Made by a program: the position numbers and the translations under genes. 64,000 nucleotides of DNA from the NCBI GenBank assembly GCA_965644295.1, contig CBFFRP010000362.1:310001-374000 (forward strand). The letters are read 5' to 3'. Under the pieces are notes generated by a model. The model was not told the DNA's origin. It saw nothing but the letters and a program-made list of their open reading frames with translations, and searched no databases. Of the stretch, positions 28,628 through 42,031 are shown in pieces. Within the stretch, counting starts at the first letter, position 1. The number at the start of each line of letters is the position of its first letter. Origin of the DNA: Paraphysomonas bandaiensis. Lineage: Eukaryota > Protista > Chrysophyceae.

Positions 28628-31334
28628 TTAGCAGGTATTCTCACGAACAAACTGGTATAACTGCCACAGTTTTTCTAACTTCTCTTCTAGCTCAGCCTTG
28701 GTATATAGACAGTTACTTGATAATGTACATCCACTTCTGTTTATTTCAACAGCTGCCGATTGAGATCCGCTCTTGTAAAATCTGCTTGTATCTATCGATC
28801 TCATAATTGCTTCACATTCTGCAACAACCTAAATATAATACATAACCGTTCGACACGACTCTGAGACAACTCCACCACTGTACCTGCTGTAAGTCGTATG
28901 GAAGCGAGTATATATCACTATCAAGTGGGTTCAATTCGCTCGACTCCTCTGAATGTCCGTCAACTTCGCGATCTAGTACAGACAAAATGTGTTCCCTAAG
29001 CTGCGTTTGAATTTGACACAGCAGCAATCGTGAGTTACTCTTATGCCTAATGATTTCTATAGAGTCGCAGGATTTTACGTCTGCAGCACTGGTTGGGACA
29101 ACTGACTTCGAAACGGAATATGAGTACGAGATTTCCTGCTTCATACACGCTTGCTCAGTATGACGAGGAGATAGCACTCTATTGGCCACTTTTAGTCCTT
29201 CTGCATAGGTTGGAGAGTTGACCGCGCTCTGGATAGTAGACAATAGTTGTGTCGTCGTACGGGAAAGGGAGCTAAGAGCGGGATGTGAGTCACTTCGTGT
29301 AGGAATTGGTGTAGATAATGAATATAGAGAATTGCCAACATCTCGAATACTCGCACTTCGTGTAGAAGCTAGCAATGTGGATTCCTCAGAGGGTTGCAGT
29401 GGTGCTGGCAGGGATTTTAGAAACTGTACACTCATCTCTGATTGCCCCTTCATAGCTATGAGGATGTCTCCAAAACCTACATCCACAGTTCCCCAAGGTA
29501 AATCTGTCCCAACATGACCAGCGTCACTATATCCATAATTACTGTTTTCCTTAAAGTTTGGAATAAAGAAAGTTATGTCGAGGTAGTGGGACACAGGCAT
29601 TGAGATGTGGAGAGGCACGGTGAAGGAACACACATGCTTAGATACATTGCCACTGCTATCTGAACTCGGCAGAAATAGCGCTGTGGAATTGAAGCTCTTG
29701 AAAGACTGAGGATTGTCATGCGACGACGGGGCATGACTACCTGCCCTCCAAGTCACCCTAACGGCTCTCCCTTGTAGAGCACGGACTACAGAAATAGACT
29801 TTGTGGAAAGTGTAATACGGCCAGCGAACCCTTCTCTGTCAGCTGCGTGGGTACAGTGCTGATATACTCGAGGTTCCACATTAACAGACGCTTCCAAACA
29901 TTCAGGCCAGGCATGTCTCTCCATCATAATCAATAGGGACGACAACTGCAGTATTTCCCTCTCTGTGCGGCGCGCGTACTGCAGGACAGTGTGTTCAGCT
30001 TTAATAGCGGATGATATTTCACCCAAGACTTCCCTGACAGACTCAACAGTGCCAGGAGTAAGTACATCTCTAGAAGCGCAAGAATTAAAAGCTTGTTGAA
30101 GTGCAAGAATGTTTTCTCTGGCGCTCTGCACATTCAGCTGATGGGTGGTCTTTCTCATATCCGGTGAAGATGACATGGCCGATTCGGAGTTGCCGACCAG
30201 TGGAATAGGAACATCAAATATCCCACCCCCATGAAACACTACCACAATACTGCGTCGATCTGATGGCAAAGTAAATGAAAGAATGCGTTTGGTGTGAGGA
30301 GGGCTGATTACGTGTGGGACAGACAACTCCAGAGGGCACAATCCTGTTTGCTGAATGAAGTACGACGCTGTCAGTGCGCCCTCGTTGAGGTAGAGAAGCA
30401 CACCTTCAAAGGGTGAGATGGACTTACAATCAATCCCATCCGGCAGCATGATACGAGAACCTACTAGACTACTAGAGAAGGTAAACTCTGGTGAAGAGTC
30501 AAAGAGAGAGTAGACAGCGAGTGTGCGATCTGTGTGCACGAAACACAAACGCAAGCGGCATACGTTGGAAGGTATATCCACAGAGGTTTTAGAAATAAGG
30601 GGGGTCTGACTAAATATTCGAACGATAGGTGAGTAACTCATAGAAACAGGTGATAGTGGAAGGGTACTCGATGATAGACTTGCATTCTCTGAAATATGAG
30701 CGCTGTACTCTGGAGTCAACAGCTGATGATAAGCGACCGTGCCATCAGACATTCCAACCAATATGAGACGAGAATACTGATACAACTGCGATAGTTGAAG
30801 GCGCTTCATAAGCGCATTGTAGCATGGGCAAATATCACGCGAAAGTGTATAAATACACGTTGGAAATGAACTAGAAAGGCTTTGATATGGTGATCTAGGA
30901 GCTTCTACCTGCTTGATATCAACTCCTCCACTCGATGCGGATATTAAAAATATAGATGAATCGGAACAACCACAAACAAGTCGACAATCGTCATAACAAC
31001 AGGCTACCACAGAGCTCTCATATGAGTGCAGTAGAGACTGTTTGACAGTCACATCTCTGCCCTCTGCTGCCTCTGCTAATACATCGCTAAGACACCACTG
31101 ATGGTCACCTCTGTGGGCATCATGAGGGGCACTGTTCTCCTCTACAGTTAGCTCATATATACTGCCATTTGTAACTATAATATACACTCGTCCATCACCA
31201 GCAGCAGATATGTGAGATATGGTGCAGGGTAGTGGATGGGAGAGCACTGTCTGAGAGCCACGAGATATATGGACAGTATGTGTATGGGGGAAGGAGTGAA
31301 ATGTCCATTGACCGGAGGTGTCTATTAGTGTCAT
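28628..31334 (-). CDS. Large beta-propeller/coiled-coil protein, FAAP100-like; 2 exons
   Basis: 840-aa ORF plus a last exon ending LWQLYQFVRENTC*. The segments LILVGMSDG, VREVLGEISSA..ILQLSSL and LWQLY resemble recalled FAAP100 segments. Confidence 0.6.
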
Positions 31335-31719
31335 AGAAGAGGGATTGTATAGTGGCCCCTGGAATGCAGCGATGCATTGGAAGTAATGATGCTATCTATC
31401 TATGTGTCACTGATTCGAGGCCTCTGGAAGTGTACATAAGGCTGTGTGTATATAGGTACGCAGGTACATAGGTACATAGGTACATTATGTAGGCACCAAT
31501 GGAACATACGTATGGTGTTGTATGCAGTGCTGATTTGCTGCTGTTGTATACTATACGAGGTGCGGTATATAGTCCTTTCAGGCAGGCATGTACCACACCA
31601 TAACATATCTATGTATATATATCTATATTAAATCATACACAGTGCATCCGTCTCCATAACTCACCCTCATTATCACAACAACATGTCTATACACCCCCAC
31701 AGGTCGCTCTCATGTTTCA

Positions 31720-33830
31720 ATGAGCCATAGCAGCATGCTCCATCACACAAGTGTTAAGTTCCTATTAGTGTGCTGGCTTATAGTTAGAGCCGATATATAT
31801 GAAATGACTCGTCAAGAGGCCGCTCATACGGGCATCAAATACTCTATTCCTGCTATAGTGAATGAGTTTATGGCCTCTAGTTGGGCTCAATCGAGTGACA
31901 TCTCTCGCAATGATATGGCAGCCCATCACAATATTGTGACTTATTTTTGTAAGCAACGCAAAACTAAAACATGTACTTGGAGAGAATATTACAATGTATT
32001 CGACCATATCCGACAACCGTATGAGAATATGTTTGATCCTGGCGCCCACCCCATTGGCGAAGGTGTTGAAGACATTCAAAAGAAGTCACGCTCTGGCCAT
32101 TTGTACCAGGATACTTGCCATATCATTGAGAATCCAACAGCAAAAGAATTCTTCGAATATGTTGTCGGCAACAAGCCTGTTATTATTCGTGGCGTTATTC
32201 CGAGTCGTTTTCAATCCAAGGACTGGCTACTGGAAAACTTAAAAGATGTAATTGGTGATTCAGAGGTCCGTTTTCGAGCACTATCTATACTTTGCACTCC
32301 TTTTTTACGAAAGTAAATGTTTGTATTCCTATAGGTGGTTGTAAGTGCGGCACCGACAGCTGACTTTGATGGTCCGGAGAGTTTCTCACTATGGGGTTTA
32401 TATAACTACAGTACAGCCGACGTTGATCTAATTGTCCGTCCAGCGCACGTGAACATGTTGTTTTCGGAATACGCAGATCTTCTCTCCCGCAGAGATCGAA
32501 ATATATCCAGTCTATACTTAGAATATTTTCCAATGCCAGCTTTGTTTATGCAGCATCGTGTGAAATCTGGGAAAAACGAAATAATAAGTCAATTACCCCG
32601 GTATGAGTGGGCTAACTTTCTGATATCACGGTATCACTTACTGTGGTTGGGTGGCGGCTCAAATAGTCCTGAAAGTACGGCGAGCCCTACGAGTAGACTT
32701 CACTTCGACCGAATGGAGAATCTCATGACCGTTATTGCTGGCTCTAAAATATTTCGATTATATGACCCTTCGCAAAGTGAATACCTGTATGGTGGTGGGC
32801 CTGTGATTTCTGCATCGTTTAGTGCACACCTTCATCGTCGCCAGGGAGGCCCCCCTTCAATCACATTTACTCGATCCCCCACAACTATATCGCATGCAGT
32901 GAACACGTATCACACTTACAGTCCTGTGAACATCCGACAACCCAACTACGACCGACATCCTCGTTATAAGTATGCAAAGGAGATGGTTTGCACTGTGGAG
33001 TCGGGAGACACTTTGTATCTGCCGTCTCACTGGTGGCATGAGGTGAGAATTCTAGTATCTATACTGCAATACTGCAATATAACCACTTTCGTCGACAACG
33101 TACTACAGTAATAAATAGTATGTACTATGTATAGTTCTTTGCGATAATACTACGTGTGTGACTTTAGGTGACCTCTACACCTGACCATGAAGGAAAAAGT
33201 ATAGGGGTGAACAAGTTCTTCGAGCCTTTCTATAATAGGCTCGGGTTTAAGACCACTACTAATAGACTACAGCGCAATCGGTATTATGCCCATCTATACC
33301 CTGAAGGCAATGTGATGCCTTGTTCAGAGGATGACGTGTGTTTCCTTTCTGATGGTTTGTTGGATCCCGAAACAGATAAGGAGTTCAGAAGGTCTGATCA
33401 TATGGATGAAATATATCGTGACCCATACGAACACCAAACCACGACCTCGACGAAATCACGCATTGAGACTCAGGAGTGTCACTCAGATCAGCCTGTATAT
33501 GATGCGAACGTAAAGAAGAATGGCGTCATTGACAGAGGAGCTAATCGAAAGAGTACAGTGTTAAGTCGGTATCCGAAACGGAGAAGACGAGGAAAAAGAA
33601 TGTCGAAAGCTGTGTGTACTGATTCTACGTCAGAGTCAAACGGAAATGCAAGAGAAATTAGGAACAGGAATGAAAAAGAAATGTCTGCTCTTTATCGCGA
33701 CAAAGATTTGAGAAATGTGAGAAATAGAAAGGATGTTCATGGTGAAGACGAATTCGAAAATGTTCGCTACTCAAGTGTTAAATCGAGGCAACGTAAAGGA
33801 AAAAGAAATGCTAAACGATATCGGAGTTGA
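31720..33830 (+). CDS. JmjC/Cupin_8 2-oxoglutarate-Fe(II) dioxygenase, 3 exons, possible signal peptide
   Basis: NKPVIIRG, LWLGG, SRLHFD (HxD) and GDTLYLPSHWWHEV. Introns lie at about 32266-32333 and 33043-33167. Confidence 0.88.
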
Positions 33831-34270
33831 CATGTGTACGTACTAGAACGTATTTCGTTTTCTATTGCTTAGTTATTCTAGAATTGATTACTACATTCTA
33901 GTTGTCCTAGGATACCTGTGTTTATACATCTTTATTAGTGCTTTCTGGTAAATGCTTATGTTTTGTCTAAAATAAATGTTCTATAACTGTTGTTGATTCA
34001 AAATTCAGACGGGCCATTAATATCAACACGACGAAAGTGTCGCCTTATAGAAACATAGAATCCCCGTAGGCGATACAGAACCACCCTAGGAAAAGCTTTG
34101 CGTTTCCAAATCACGGAGCAAACTACAATATACATAACCTTGGAAACTAGAAGTCAAATGCTCGCAGGAAATACTGCGTAATATATAATACTTTAGTTTT
34201 AGATTAATGGTTTCGATTTGCAGCTGTGAAATACGTAGTATAATACAAAACAAACACACTATTATTAATA

Positions 34271-34786
34271 TCAATCAAATGACAACAAGTTTTGTTTCAA
34301 TTTCTGCTTTTTCTTTTGCTTCTTTGGAGGTGTTGATGGTTCAGACACTTCCTCACTAGTACGCTTATGCGTATTCTGTCGCTCTCCATCTTTAGGCGCC
34401 TTCTTATGGAAAATAATCTTCCCATCTTTATAATACTGCACGGGATCCTCTGCTGGGGCATCATTTACTGCTTCAACTACACTAGGGGATTCCACAGAAC
34501 TTTGAAGGGGTTTAGTGCTGCTATCATCCACTGGAGTGTCTGTTTGTTTAGTTTCATCATCAGAATTATCTGAAGATATTCTCATATCCTTCTTTGCACT
34601 TTTTTCAACAATGACCGCCCCATCATTTCTAACAGCTTCCACATTATCATACTTGACATCATCGTATTCCACTCGTTCATTCAGATAGTTCTTCTTATTA
34701 GTAGTTAGCATATGTGAATATGCCTTTAAAAACTTTGGAACTTGACGCACAAAATGAGGCTTATTTGTCTTATCTTCACGGGGCAT
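34271..34786 (-). CDS. DUF4604/KIAA1143-like protein
   Basis: N-terminal FVRQVPKFL, GKIIFHK and C-terminal NLLSFD. Confidence 0.75.
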   Translation of the reverse strand: MPREDKTNKPHFVRQVPKFLKAYSHMLTTNKKNYLNERVEYDDVKYDNVEAVRNDGAVIVEKSAKKDMRISSDNSDDETKQTDTPVDDSSTKPLQSSVESPSVVEAVNDAPAEDPVQYYKDGKIIFHKKAPKDGERQNTHKRTSEEVSEPSTPPKKQKKKQKLKQNLLSFD

Positions 34787-35166
34787 TATGGAAAAGATTA
34801 TAAGTGAATTATTGGGTATGGTTCATGTTCTAGTTATGTGATAGGGCTCATTGCTGTCCTTTAGGTGGGAAGGTTCATATGTTAACATACTACACACTGT
34901 GCTGTATCGCTGTATCCCTTCCCACTATACTATTTCTACACTCTGTACTCTGTTGATACTCTGTATAAAGTCGAAATTTATAGCTTTTACACATATATTT
35001 CTCCATTTTTTTTATAAATCGGTATATTTTACTGTATAACAATGAATTGGGTTCGTTAATGTCTTGCACTCACACTGCCATGCAATCATGCAATGCATGT
35101 AAGCTTGCAATGAAAAGCTGAGCCAGTTTATACTTATGAAGTAGGTCCATAATATCACCTGCAAGT

Positions 35167-36126
35167 ATGAATGCACTGACTCAATATCCTGCACTAACTT
35201 ATGCTATTGCATTGTTGTTATTCATTTTTTTTTCATTTGTATGTGGTGTTATTGCAAGCGAACCAGCCATGTTCACCAAACGATACGCCCGACGACACCG
35301 CATATGCGGTGGTATTTTATTCGTTTGGCTCATAATTGGTTTTATACATACTATGTGGGGGACGAGTGATATGTACGTCTATGTGATGTATGATGTTGCA
35401 CTCAGTGTACTTGGCATTAGCACGGCGGTGTCTGCTGCATACGATTTTCGCAAGGCCCATAATCATATCAAAAATAGAGCATCTGGCACTTTGGACGAAG
35501 ATGCAACAGTGACATTTAATGAAATGATTGAACATAGTTTCTATCAAGGTCTTAACCTTGCTCAAATTGTCGCCATCCATGCCATATCTCTCCTCGACAG
35601 TAGCACTCTATCCATTCGGGTAGTAATAGTAATGTTGGCAACGTCACCGTGGCTACTTCGATCTAAGTTTCCAGTCCACAGTTTTTCAGATAATTACAAT
35701 AAAGGGCAGTCTCCAAGTGCTTTAATTAGTATTCTGTACCGCGCCAAGAAGTACCAGTATGTCTTTTACAAGCACTTTCTTTTGCACGGACTGTCTTTTA
35801 GTGTAGCTATATCCGGTGTGAAAATTGCAGGATCTCCTCACTTTAGGTTGTACTGGCTATGCTTAAATACAAGTTACGTATTGGAGTTCTTCTTACAAAC
35901 ATTAGTGAAGAAAAAGTACATGTCCCAATTTTATATGCTATTGTTACAACACCTCCTTATGGCAGTAAGCACTATTGCTGCCATACAAGTGTTACCTCAT
36001 GTTTATTTAACTCTCGCTATGTTATCATTGCTGCTAAATTTTACCAACAGAAAACGGGAACTTGTCAATGCTACTATCGTAGTGATCACCGGCATTGTCT
36101 TGCGAAATTATCATAAGTTAATATAG
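35167..36126 (+). CDS. Multi-pass membrane protein of unknown function, intronless, 319 aa
   Basis: Long ORF with about 7-8 TM segments and polar motifs EHSFYQ, YKH and EFFLQTL. Confidence 0.8.
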   Translation: MNALTQYPALTYAIALLLFIFFSFVCGVIASEPAMFTKRYARRHRICGGILFVWLIIGFIHTMWGTSDMYVYVMYDVALSVLGISTAVSAAYDFRKAHNHIKNRASGTLDEDATVTFNEMIEHSFYQGLNLAQIVAIHAISLLDSSTLSIRVVIVMLATSPWLLRSKFPVHSFSDNYNKGQSPSALISILYRAKKYQYVFYKHFLLHGLSFSVAISGVKIAGSPHFRLYWLCLNTSYVLEFFLQTLVKKKYMSQFYMLLLQHLLMAVSTIAAIQVLPHVYLTLAMLSLLLNFTNRKRELVNATIVVITGIVLRNYHKLI

Positions 36127-36556
36127 CTATTTTATGTTAGAGGTTTTTTCTCCTACTATGTACTCTCCCGTCATAGGGCACGGCATATTATAAATTAGGT
36201 TCCAATAACAATACTAGTTCTAACTGGTCGAAAAGACTTATCACGCTACACATAAATTGACTTTGCCACACTACTACTGAACAGATGTACGGCTGTATTC
36301 GACATGTATGACGCTATATTAAGAATAGGTATATCTATTATGAATAAAGCTTTCTTATTAATGGCACGGCACGGTATATCACCCCGCAACAATGATATGC
36401 ATAATTCAGATCACCATAGAGTAAGAGCACCTTAGACATATACAAACATGATCCGATAATGTACTTATTCATTCAACTAACTTATAATATCACGTGGACA
36501 AAAACAATGGTCCCATATAAATGCTCAAAGTTTAGATATACTCAATAAAACTTGTC

Positions 36557-37351
36557 TTATTTGCGGAGCATATTGTAAACTGCTTGAATCATATCAAGCT
36601 GGATTACGACCTGATAGCCAAATGATGTATACTCTGCTTGCGATTCAAAATTAATATATGCCTTCCCTTTTATACCGGAGTAATAAGAAAGAGATCCATC
36701 ATTGGTTACAGTTTCATTGTTCTGCAAGACAATGTTGTACCCCTCAGAAGACAGCGTAGCATAGACATCAGGGTCGACCACATAGAAGAAGTCACTAGGA
36801 TTGGAGCCTTCCTCAATATACACAGCCGACGCATCTTGATCATAGGGACCTCCAGGGAGGTAACTATCAGCTCCATATTGTCCTCCATTATTATGGAGAG
36901 CCAGAACAGTGTTTTGATTGTCGAAGTCATATATATCGAGTACAAATTCGGCCAATTCAGCTACTTCATTAGCAGCATCTGTTGAGTACGGACCATATTG
37001 CTTGAGCGAGGCCTCAATGCCTTCCGGTGTAAATATACGATTAGGATCCACACTGTACATAATGCCATCCATATAAAAAGACACAAGTCGAGAATTCCCT
37101 TTATCAAACTTAACTAAACTACCACCGCTAGAGAGCAGAAGAGAGCGAGCAGCTACTACAGATGTATTCTCATTCTCGTGTAGGTTTAGAAAAGCAAGAC
37201 TGGTACAAGACAGACACTTCTCAGGTACAGGAAACGTCTCCCTTGTTATGTTAAGCAGAGTGTCTCCTACAGACACTTGAAAGCTCTCCGTTACACCTGT
37301 GTACTTAGACAAGGCAGAGGTGAGGAGTAGTGACAAGCACAGAGTAAACAT
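36557..37351 (-). CDS. Secreted M14-like zinc peptidase/deacylase-fold protein, intronless, 264 aa
   Basis: Signal peptide, then HENE (HxxE), DPNRIF, ALHNN and YINFE in M14 order. Confidence 0.65.
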   Translation of the reverse strand: MFTLCLSLLLTSALSKYTGVTESFQVSVGDTLLNITRETFPVPEKCLSCTSLAFLNLHENENTSVVAARSLLLSSGGSLVKFDKGNSRLVSFYMDGIMYSVDPNRIFTPEGIEASLKQYGPYSTDAANEVAELAEFVLDIYDFDNQNTVLALHNNGGQYGADSYLPGGPYDQDASAVYIEEGSNPSDFFYVVDPDVYATLSSEGYNIVLQNNETVTNDGSLSYYSGIKGKAYINFESQAEYTSFGYQVVIQLDMIQAVYNMLRK

Positions 37352-37439
37352 GATGGAGGAAATGGTGCTTGTATTTAAGTATTAATACATCACCTCATAA
37401 TAAATGCTGCTACGAATATACATGTGTACCAGTATAGTG

Positions 37440-37691
37440 TATGTATGTATGTATGTATGTATGTATGTATGTATGTATGTATGTATGTATGTATGTATGT
37501 ATGTATGTATGTATGTATGTATGTATGTATGTATGTATGTATGTATGTATGTATGTATGTATGTATGTATGTATGTATGTATGTATGTATGTATGTATGT
37601 ATGTATGTATGTATGTATGTATGTATGTATGTATGTATGTATGTATGTATGTATGTATGTATGTATGTATGTATGTATGTATGTATGTATG
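37440..37691. repeat. (TATG)n microsatellite, about 63 units
   Basis: Perfect array between divergent genes. Confidence 0.99.
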
Positions 37692-37847
37692 TGTGTGTAT
37701 GATTATGTTCTTGTTGTGGTTGTAGTTTCTATGGGTTGCATATCTAGATATCGCCCTGTCACTGGGACATTCTTCATGTACCTTACTGTATCATGAATGC
37801 AGATGGCATGATCTTGCATGTATTTATAAGTGTGTTTGTTATGTAGT

Positions 37848-39006
37848 ATGGTGTATAGAGGTATGGTTATGTTCCACAGGCGACACCGCTCTCGTCAAGT
37901 CTTCCTCGGCACTGGTATACTCTGCACAGTGTCTGTAGTGGTAGCAGCTTCTTGGGAAGTTCGAACCCGACGTGCGAGACTCATCAAAGATCTCCCGGAT
38001 GTGTCTGATTTGGGTCGGTCTGCTCGATCTCTTATAGACGTGTCTGTTAGATCGAGTCTGATGGGATCCAGACGTAATGTTTCAGATGAAGTAGATTATA
38101 TCAGAAAGTGGCATAGAGAGAGAGGATATAATGGCGGAATTGTTTTGCGTGAAGTGAATACACCATTATACATACCGTCTGACGTTGAAATAGATGACCT
38201 GGGAGAAGAAGTCATAAACCCTGTAGAATTCACCAAGGACCACGACTCACGCCATTGTTACTATATGTATTATGAAGTTCACAGCGATGGCCGTATTCGG
38301 CAGCAAATATTTTGCCGTGGAACTACACTCCATGAAGACATATATACCGACTTGAAGGTGGTATATGTGTATGACGAAGAACTGGGGTGCCGGTTGCATT
38401 TGGGATTCAAGCAGCACGCAGACCGCATGCTGGAAGATCTATACCCTCTTCTCGCCCATCAAAATCCTCGGGCAACGGTCGAACTGGCGGGTCATTCTCT
38501 TGGTAAGCGTCCACACTGTTCCCTTACTACTTGTATTTGCTCACGTTTTTTGATTAGGTGGTGCAGTTGCATTGATTGTGGCCATGAAACTCCGGAAGAG
38601 AGGACACAGGGTTGTTCGTGTAACCACATTTGGTTCCCCACGCCCTTGTGATAGTTCTAGCGTGTCCACCCTCTCTCCTCTCCTTCCTCCTGATACACTA
38701 CGAATAGAGAGTGACTATGACATTGTCCCGTTATTCCCTCTTCGAGGGAAGCCACTTGGAAATAAACTCTGGTTCATTAATGACTCTGAGGGATCTATCA
38801 AGTTTGTCCCATCATATTTAGCCCAAAAAGAAGCATCGTGGGTGGATTCTTTCATGTTTAATTTTCGCATCCCAGAGTTACTATTTAATGCTTCAACGGC
38901 ACATAGAATGAGGCATTATAAGTCGAAATTGGAGCTGCTGGATATTGAGTTATCAAGTAAATATTCTGGAAGTAAAGATTCCACCAATTGCTATAATGAT
39001 ATGTGA
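37848..39006 (+). CDS. Lipase class 3, 2 exons
   Basis: CRGT, HLGF, GHSLG|GAVA (intron about 38503-38557), TFGSP, DIVP and HRM. Confidence 0.9.
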
Positions 39007-39597
39007 AGGTGGGCGCGTATGAAGTTAGGCACATCTTTTTAGTTATTGCATTACGGGCCCATTTTTTTCTATTTTACTGTTATTTTTGAATTATTCACTC
39101 ACTCAAAAACAAATAAGCAATAAAAATACGTAAATCGTTTGTTGGATTCTTCAGTCACAATGTGTGATAAATGGGTGTAAGAACGACTAGGTTTATAACT
39201 AAACTAGATTAGATATTTACAATTTACACCTAAATTAGTGTGATTAGGTTCTTGAACACTTAAACAGTATTCAATATTCCCCGAAACCAATGAATGAATG
39301 AATTCATTAATAACCTCACTAGTCCTAGATGAAAAGTTACAATGTACAATCATATACTAAGTACAAAGTAGGCTGGTCACTATTTCTCAGTATAAGCAAC
39401 ACATTACCTACAATTCACGCATGATATCTCTACTCTCTACATCTTTACTACATACGTCTCCTAATAGTCATCATACTTCAAAACATTTTTAAAAGATGTA
39501 CCATAAGTGTACATTCAATACCACTGAAAATATATTCTACATCGTGTGCAATACGGGTCAGTTCCATTCCTAAAATTCTCTAGATCTGACATTATAT

Positions 39598-41508
39598 CTA
39601 CTGTGAGCTTTTATTGTGTGCTATTTCAACCATCTCTTCTATTGAGGTAATCTTCTCTCTAGGTTTCGGAGGATCACACTTTTGGCCGCGGCTCACCTCT
39701 TCACGATCAAGATTTAAGTAGTCGGACCAAGTAACGACGTCATCTTCTCCATCTACAGGAACTCATAAGCACGAGAGGCTAAATCGTGAGCGGCAAACAC
39801 ACCTTTTTTAATGGATTTGCACTTCAGGAGAAACTCTCCAGGGTCTTCACAGTTGACCGGCTCAGTACCAACTATATCGTCCAGTACACATGCCACTGTC
39901 TCCTTGGCGTCAGTGATATCTAAATACCAGAATAAACTCCTTTTAGTGGTATATCGCATAAGTGGATCGCATGTTAGTCATTACAACGAAAGATATACTA
40001 CACACTTCAATACGTACACATGTGGGTATCGGCGCAACTTACTTGTTCCTATAATACCAGTTGGGCCCCGCTTGCACCAGCCGGTGACATAAACTCCCTT
40101 TTCGACTGGAGAATCTTCGAGTAACGATTCGGTGTCCACATTGTGTTTTAAAACCCTTCCTTTAACATTGGGCACTGTGTGTGTCACTGGATGTAGTTGT
40201 AGACTACTATCCTTTAGAGGAATGGTTCTGTAGCCTACTGATGTAAGTACTAAATCAGCAGGAATACTTTCGAATTCTCCTGTTCCATGCGCTTTTTGCT
40301 GATGAGCTTCCCCAACTAATTTGCACTTCTCAAACACTACACAAGAGGATGTGGATCCATTCGCTGAATCAATTCTCACAGGGGATAATAAGAAACGTAG
40401 ACGAATCAACCTCTTGCTTGAGTTCTGCAATTGTCTCGAACTTGAATCGGTGGCAATTTGTTGTAGTAGTTGCGTTAGCCGCTTGAGTGGACGTTTCTCA
40501 GAAATCTCTTGCGTTGTTGCTGGATTGGTACCACAATCTATCTCTGTTTGATCAATATGCACGTTAACATCATCTATCTTCGTCAATTCCCTACGAAAAC
40601 CGTTAGAGCTAGGTATTACACCAATAAAAATTAACTATATACACTCTACAACATCATCCGTACCTTATTTCCTTAATCGTTCCTGCTATCTGTGCATGAC
40701 CCCTTCTCCCGACTATGTGGATCTCCTTCACAGAACTCGACTGAAGAACCTCTACAGCCTGTGAAGTAATATCCGTGGATGCCAACTCAGTTGACGACTT
40801 TGCAAGAACACGGGCACAGTCTAAGGCAACGTTCCCTTGTCCAATAATTACAACTGATTTGACTTTATCAAGATGTAGCTGGTCTCCAACTTCGGTGAAT
40901 TCCGGATGGCCATTGTACCAATTCACGAAAGTACGCGCAGAAAATACATTAGCTAAATTTTCTCCAGGAATATTAAGACTTCTGTGCCCTTCAGCTCCAT
41001 AGGCAAGAATAACCCCGTCATAGCGGGCTCGAAGATCAGTCAGTGTAACATCTTTACCCACTTCAATATTACCAAAATAGCGAAAATGATCTGATTTGGC
41101 CACCTGATTCCTCATATCAGTATAACAGATCACATATAACATATGATATATATACATATCACACCTCTGCGAACTGATCGTTAACTGATTTAACCTCAGG
41201 ATGATCTGGAGCCACTCCGTACCTCACTAATCCAAAAGGAGTGGGCAGACGATCGATAATATCTACCTTTAGACCAGTGTTCGTAACCTTATTGTCTAGT
41301 AAATACTTTGCAGTATAGAAGCCTGACGGTCCGCTACCTGTATGGGTGATATCATATATGTATATGTATATAACTTCTAAGAGATGTAGCATTGTATGAC
41401 ATGATACTACTGTACATACATACCGACTATGCATACTCGATGCAAGTTCCTTGCATGCTGCATGTATACCGTGCGGGGCGGATGCGTAAGACGAGATAGG
41501 CGGTGCAT
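39598..41508 (-). CDS. FDXR: NADPH:adrenodoxin oxidoreductase (mitochondrial), multi-exon
   Basis: Transit-like MHRLSRL..., VCIVG|SGPSGFY, PFGLVRYGVAPDHPEVK, IIGQGNVALD, GWCKRGPTGII and KPREK. Confidence 0.93.
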
Positions 41509-41596
41509 TGGAGTAATGAAAGGTGAGAATTGATTTAAATATATTCCTAAGAATTACAGATATGAACAATGATTGATGCCCACACACACAGCCAAG

Positions 41597-41597
<1 letters not shown>

Positions 41598-41627
<30 letters not shown>

Positions 41628-41913
41628 TGTATGTATGTATGTATGTATGTATGTATGTATGTATGTATGTATGTATGTATGTATGTATGTATGTATGTAT
41701 GTATGTATGTATGTATGTATGTATGTATGTATGTATGTATGTATGTATGTATGTATGTATGTATGTATGTATGTATGTATGTATGTATGTATGTATGTAT
41801 GTATGTATGTATGTATGTATGTATGTATGTATGTATGTATGTATGTATGTATGTATGTATGTATGTATGTATGTATGTATGTATGTATGTATGTATGTAT
41901 GTATGTATGTATG
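41598..41913. repeat. (TATG)n microsatellite, about 79 units
   Basis: Perfect array between the divergent FDXR and SPFH genes. Confidence 0.99.
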
Positions 41914-42031
41914 TACAGGTAGGTAAGTAGGTAGGTATGTTTTGTGGAGGTATATGATCATATGTAGTGCGTATATATCTAGATATCATATATATAGAGA
42001 GAGAGTAGTTACGTCAATATTACTCCTCACC

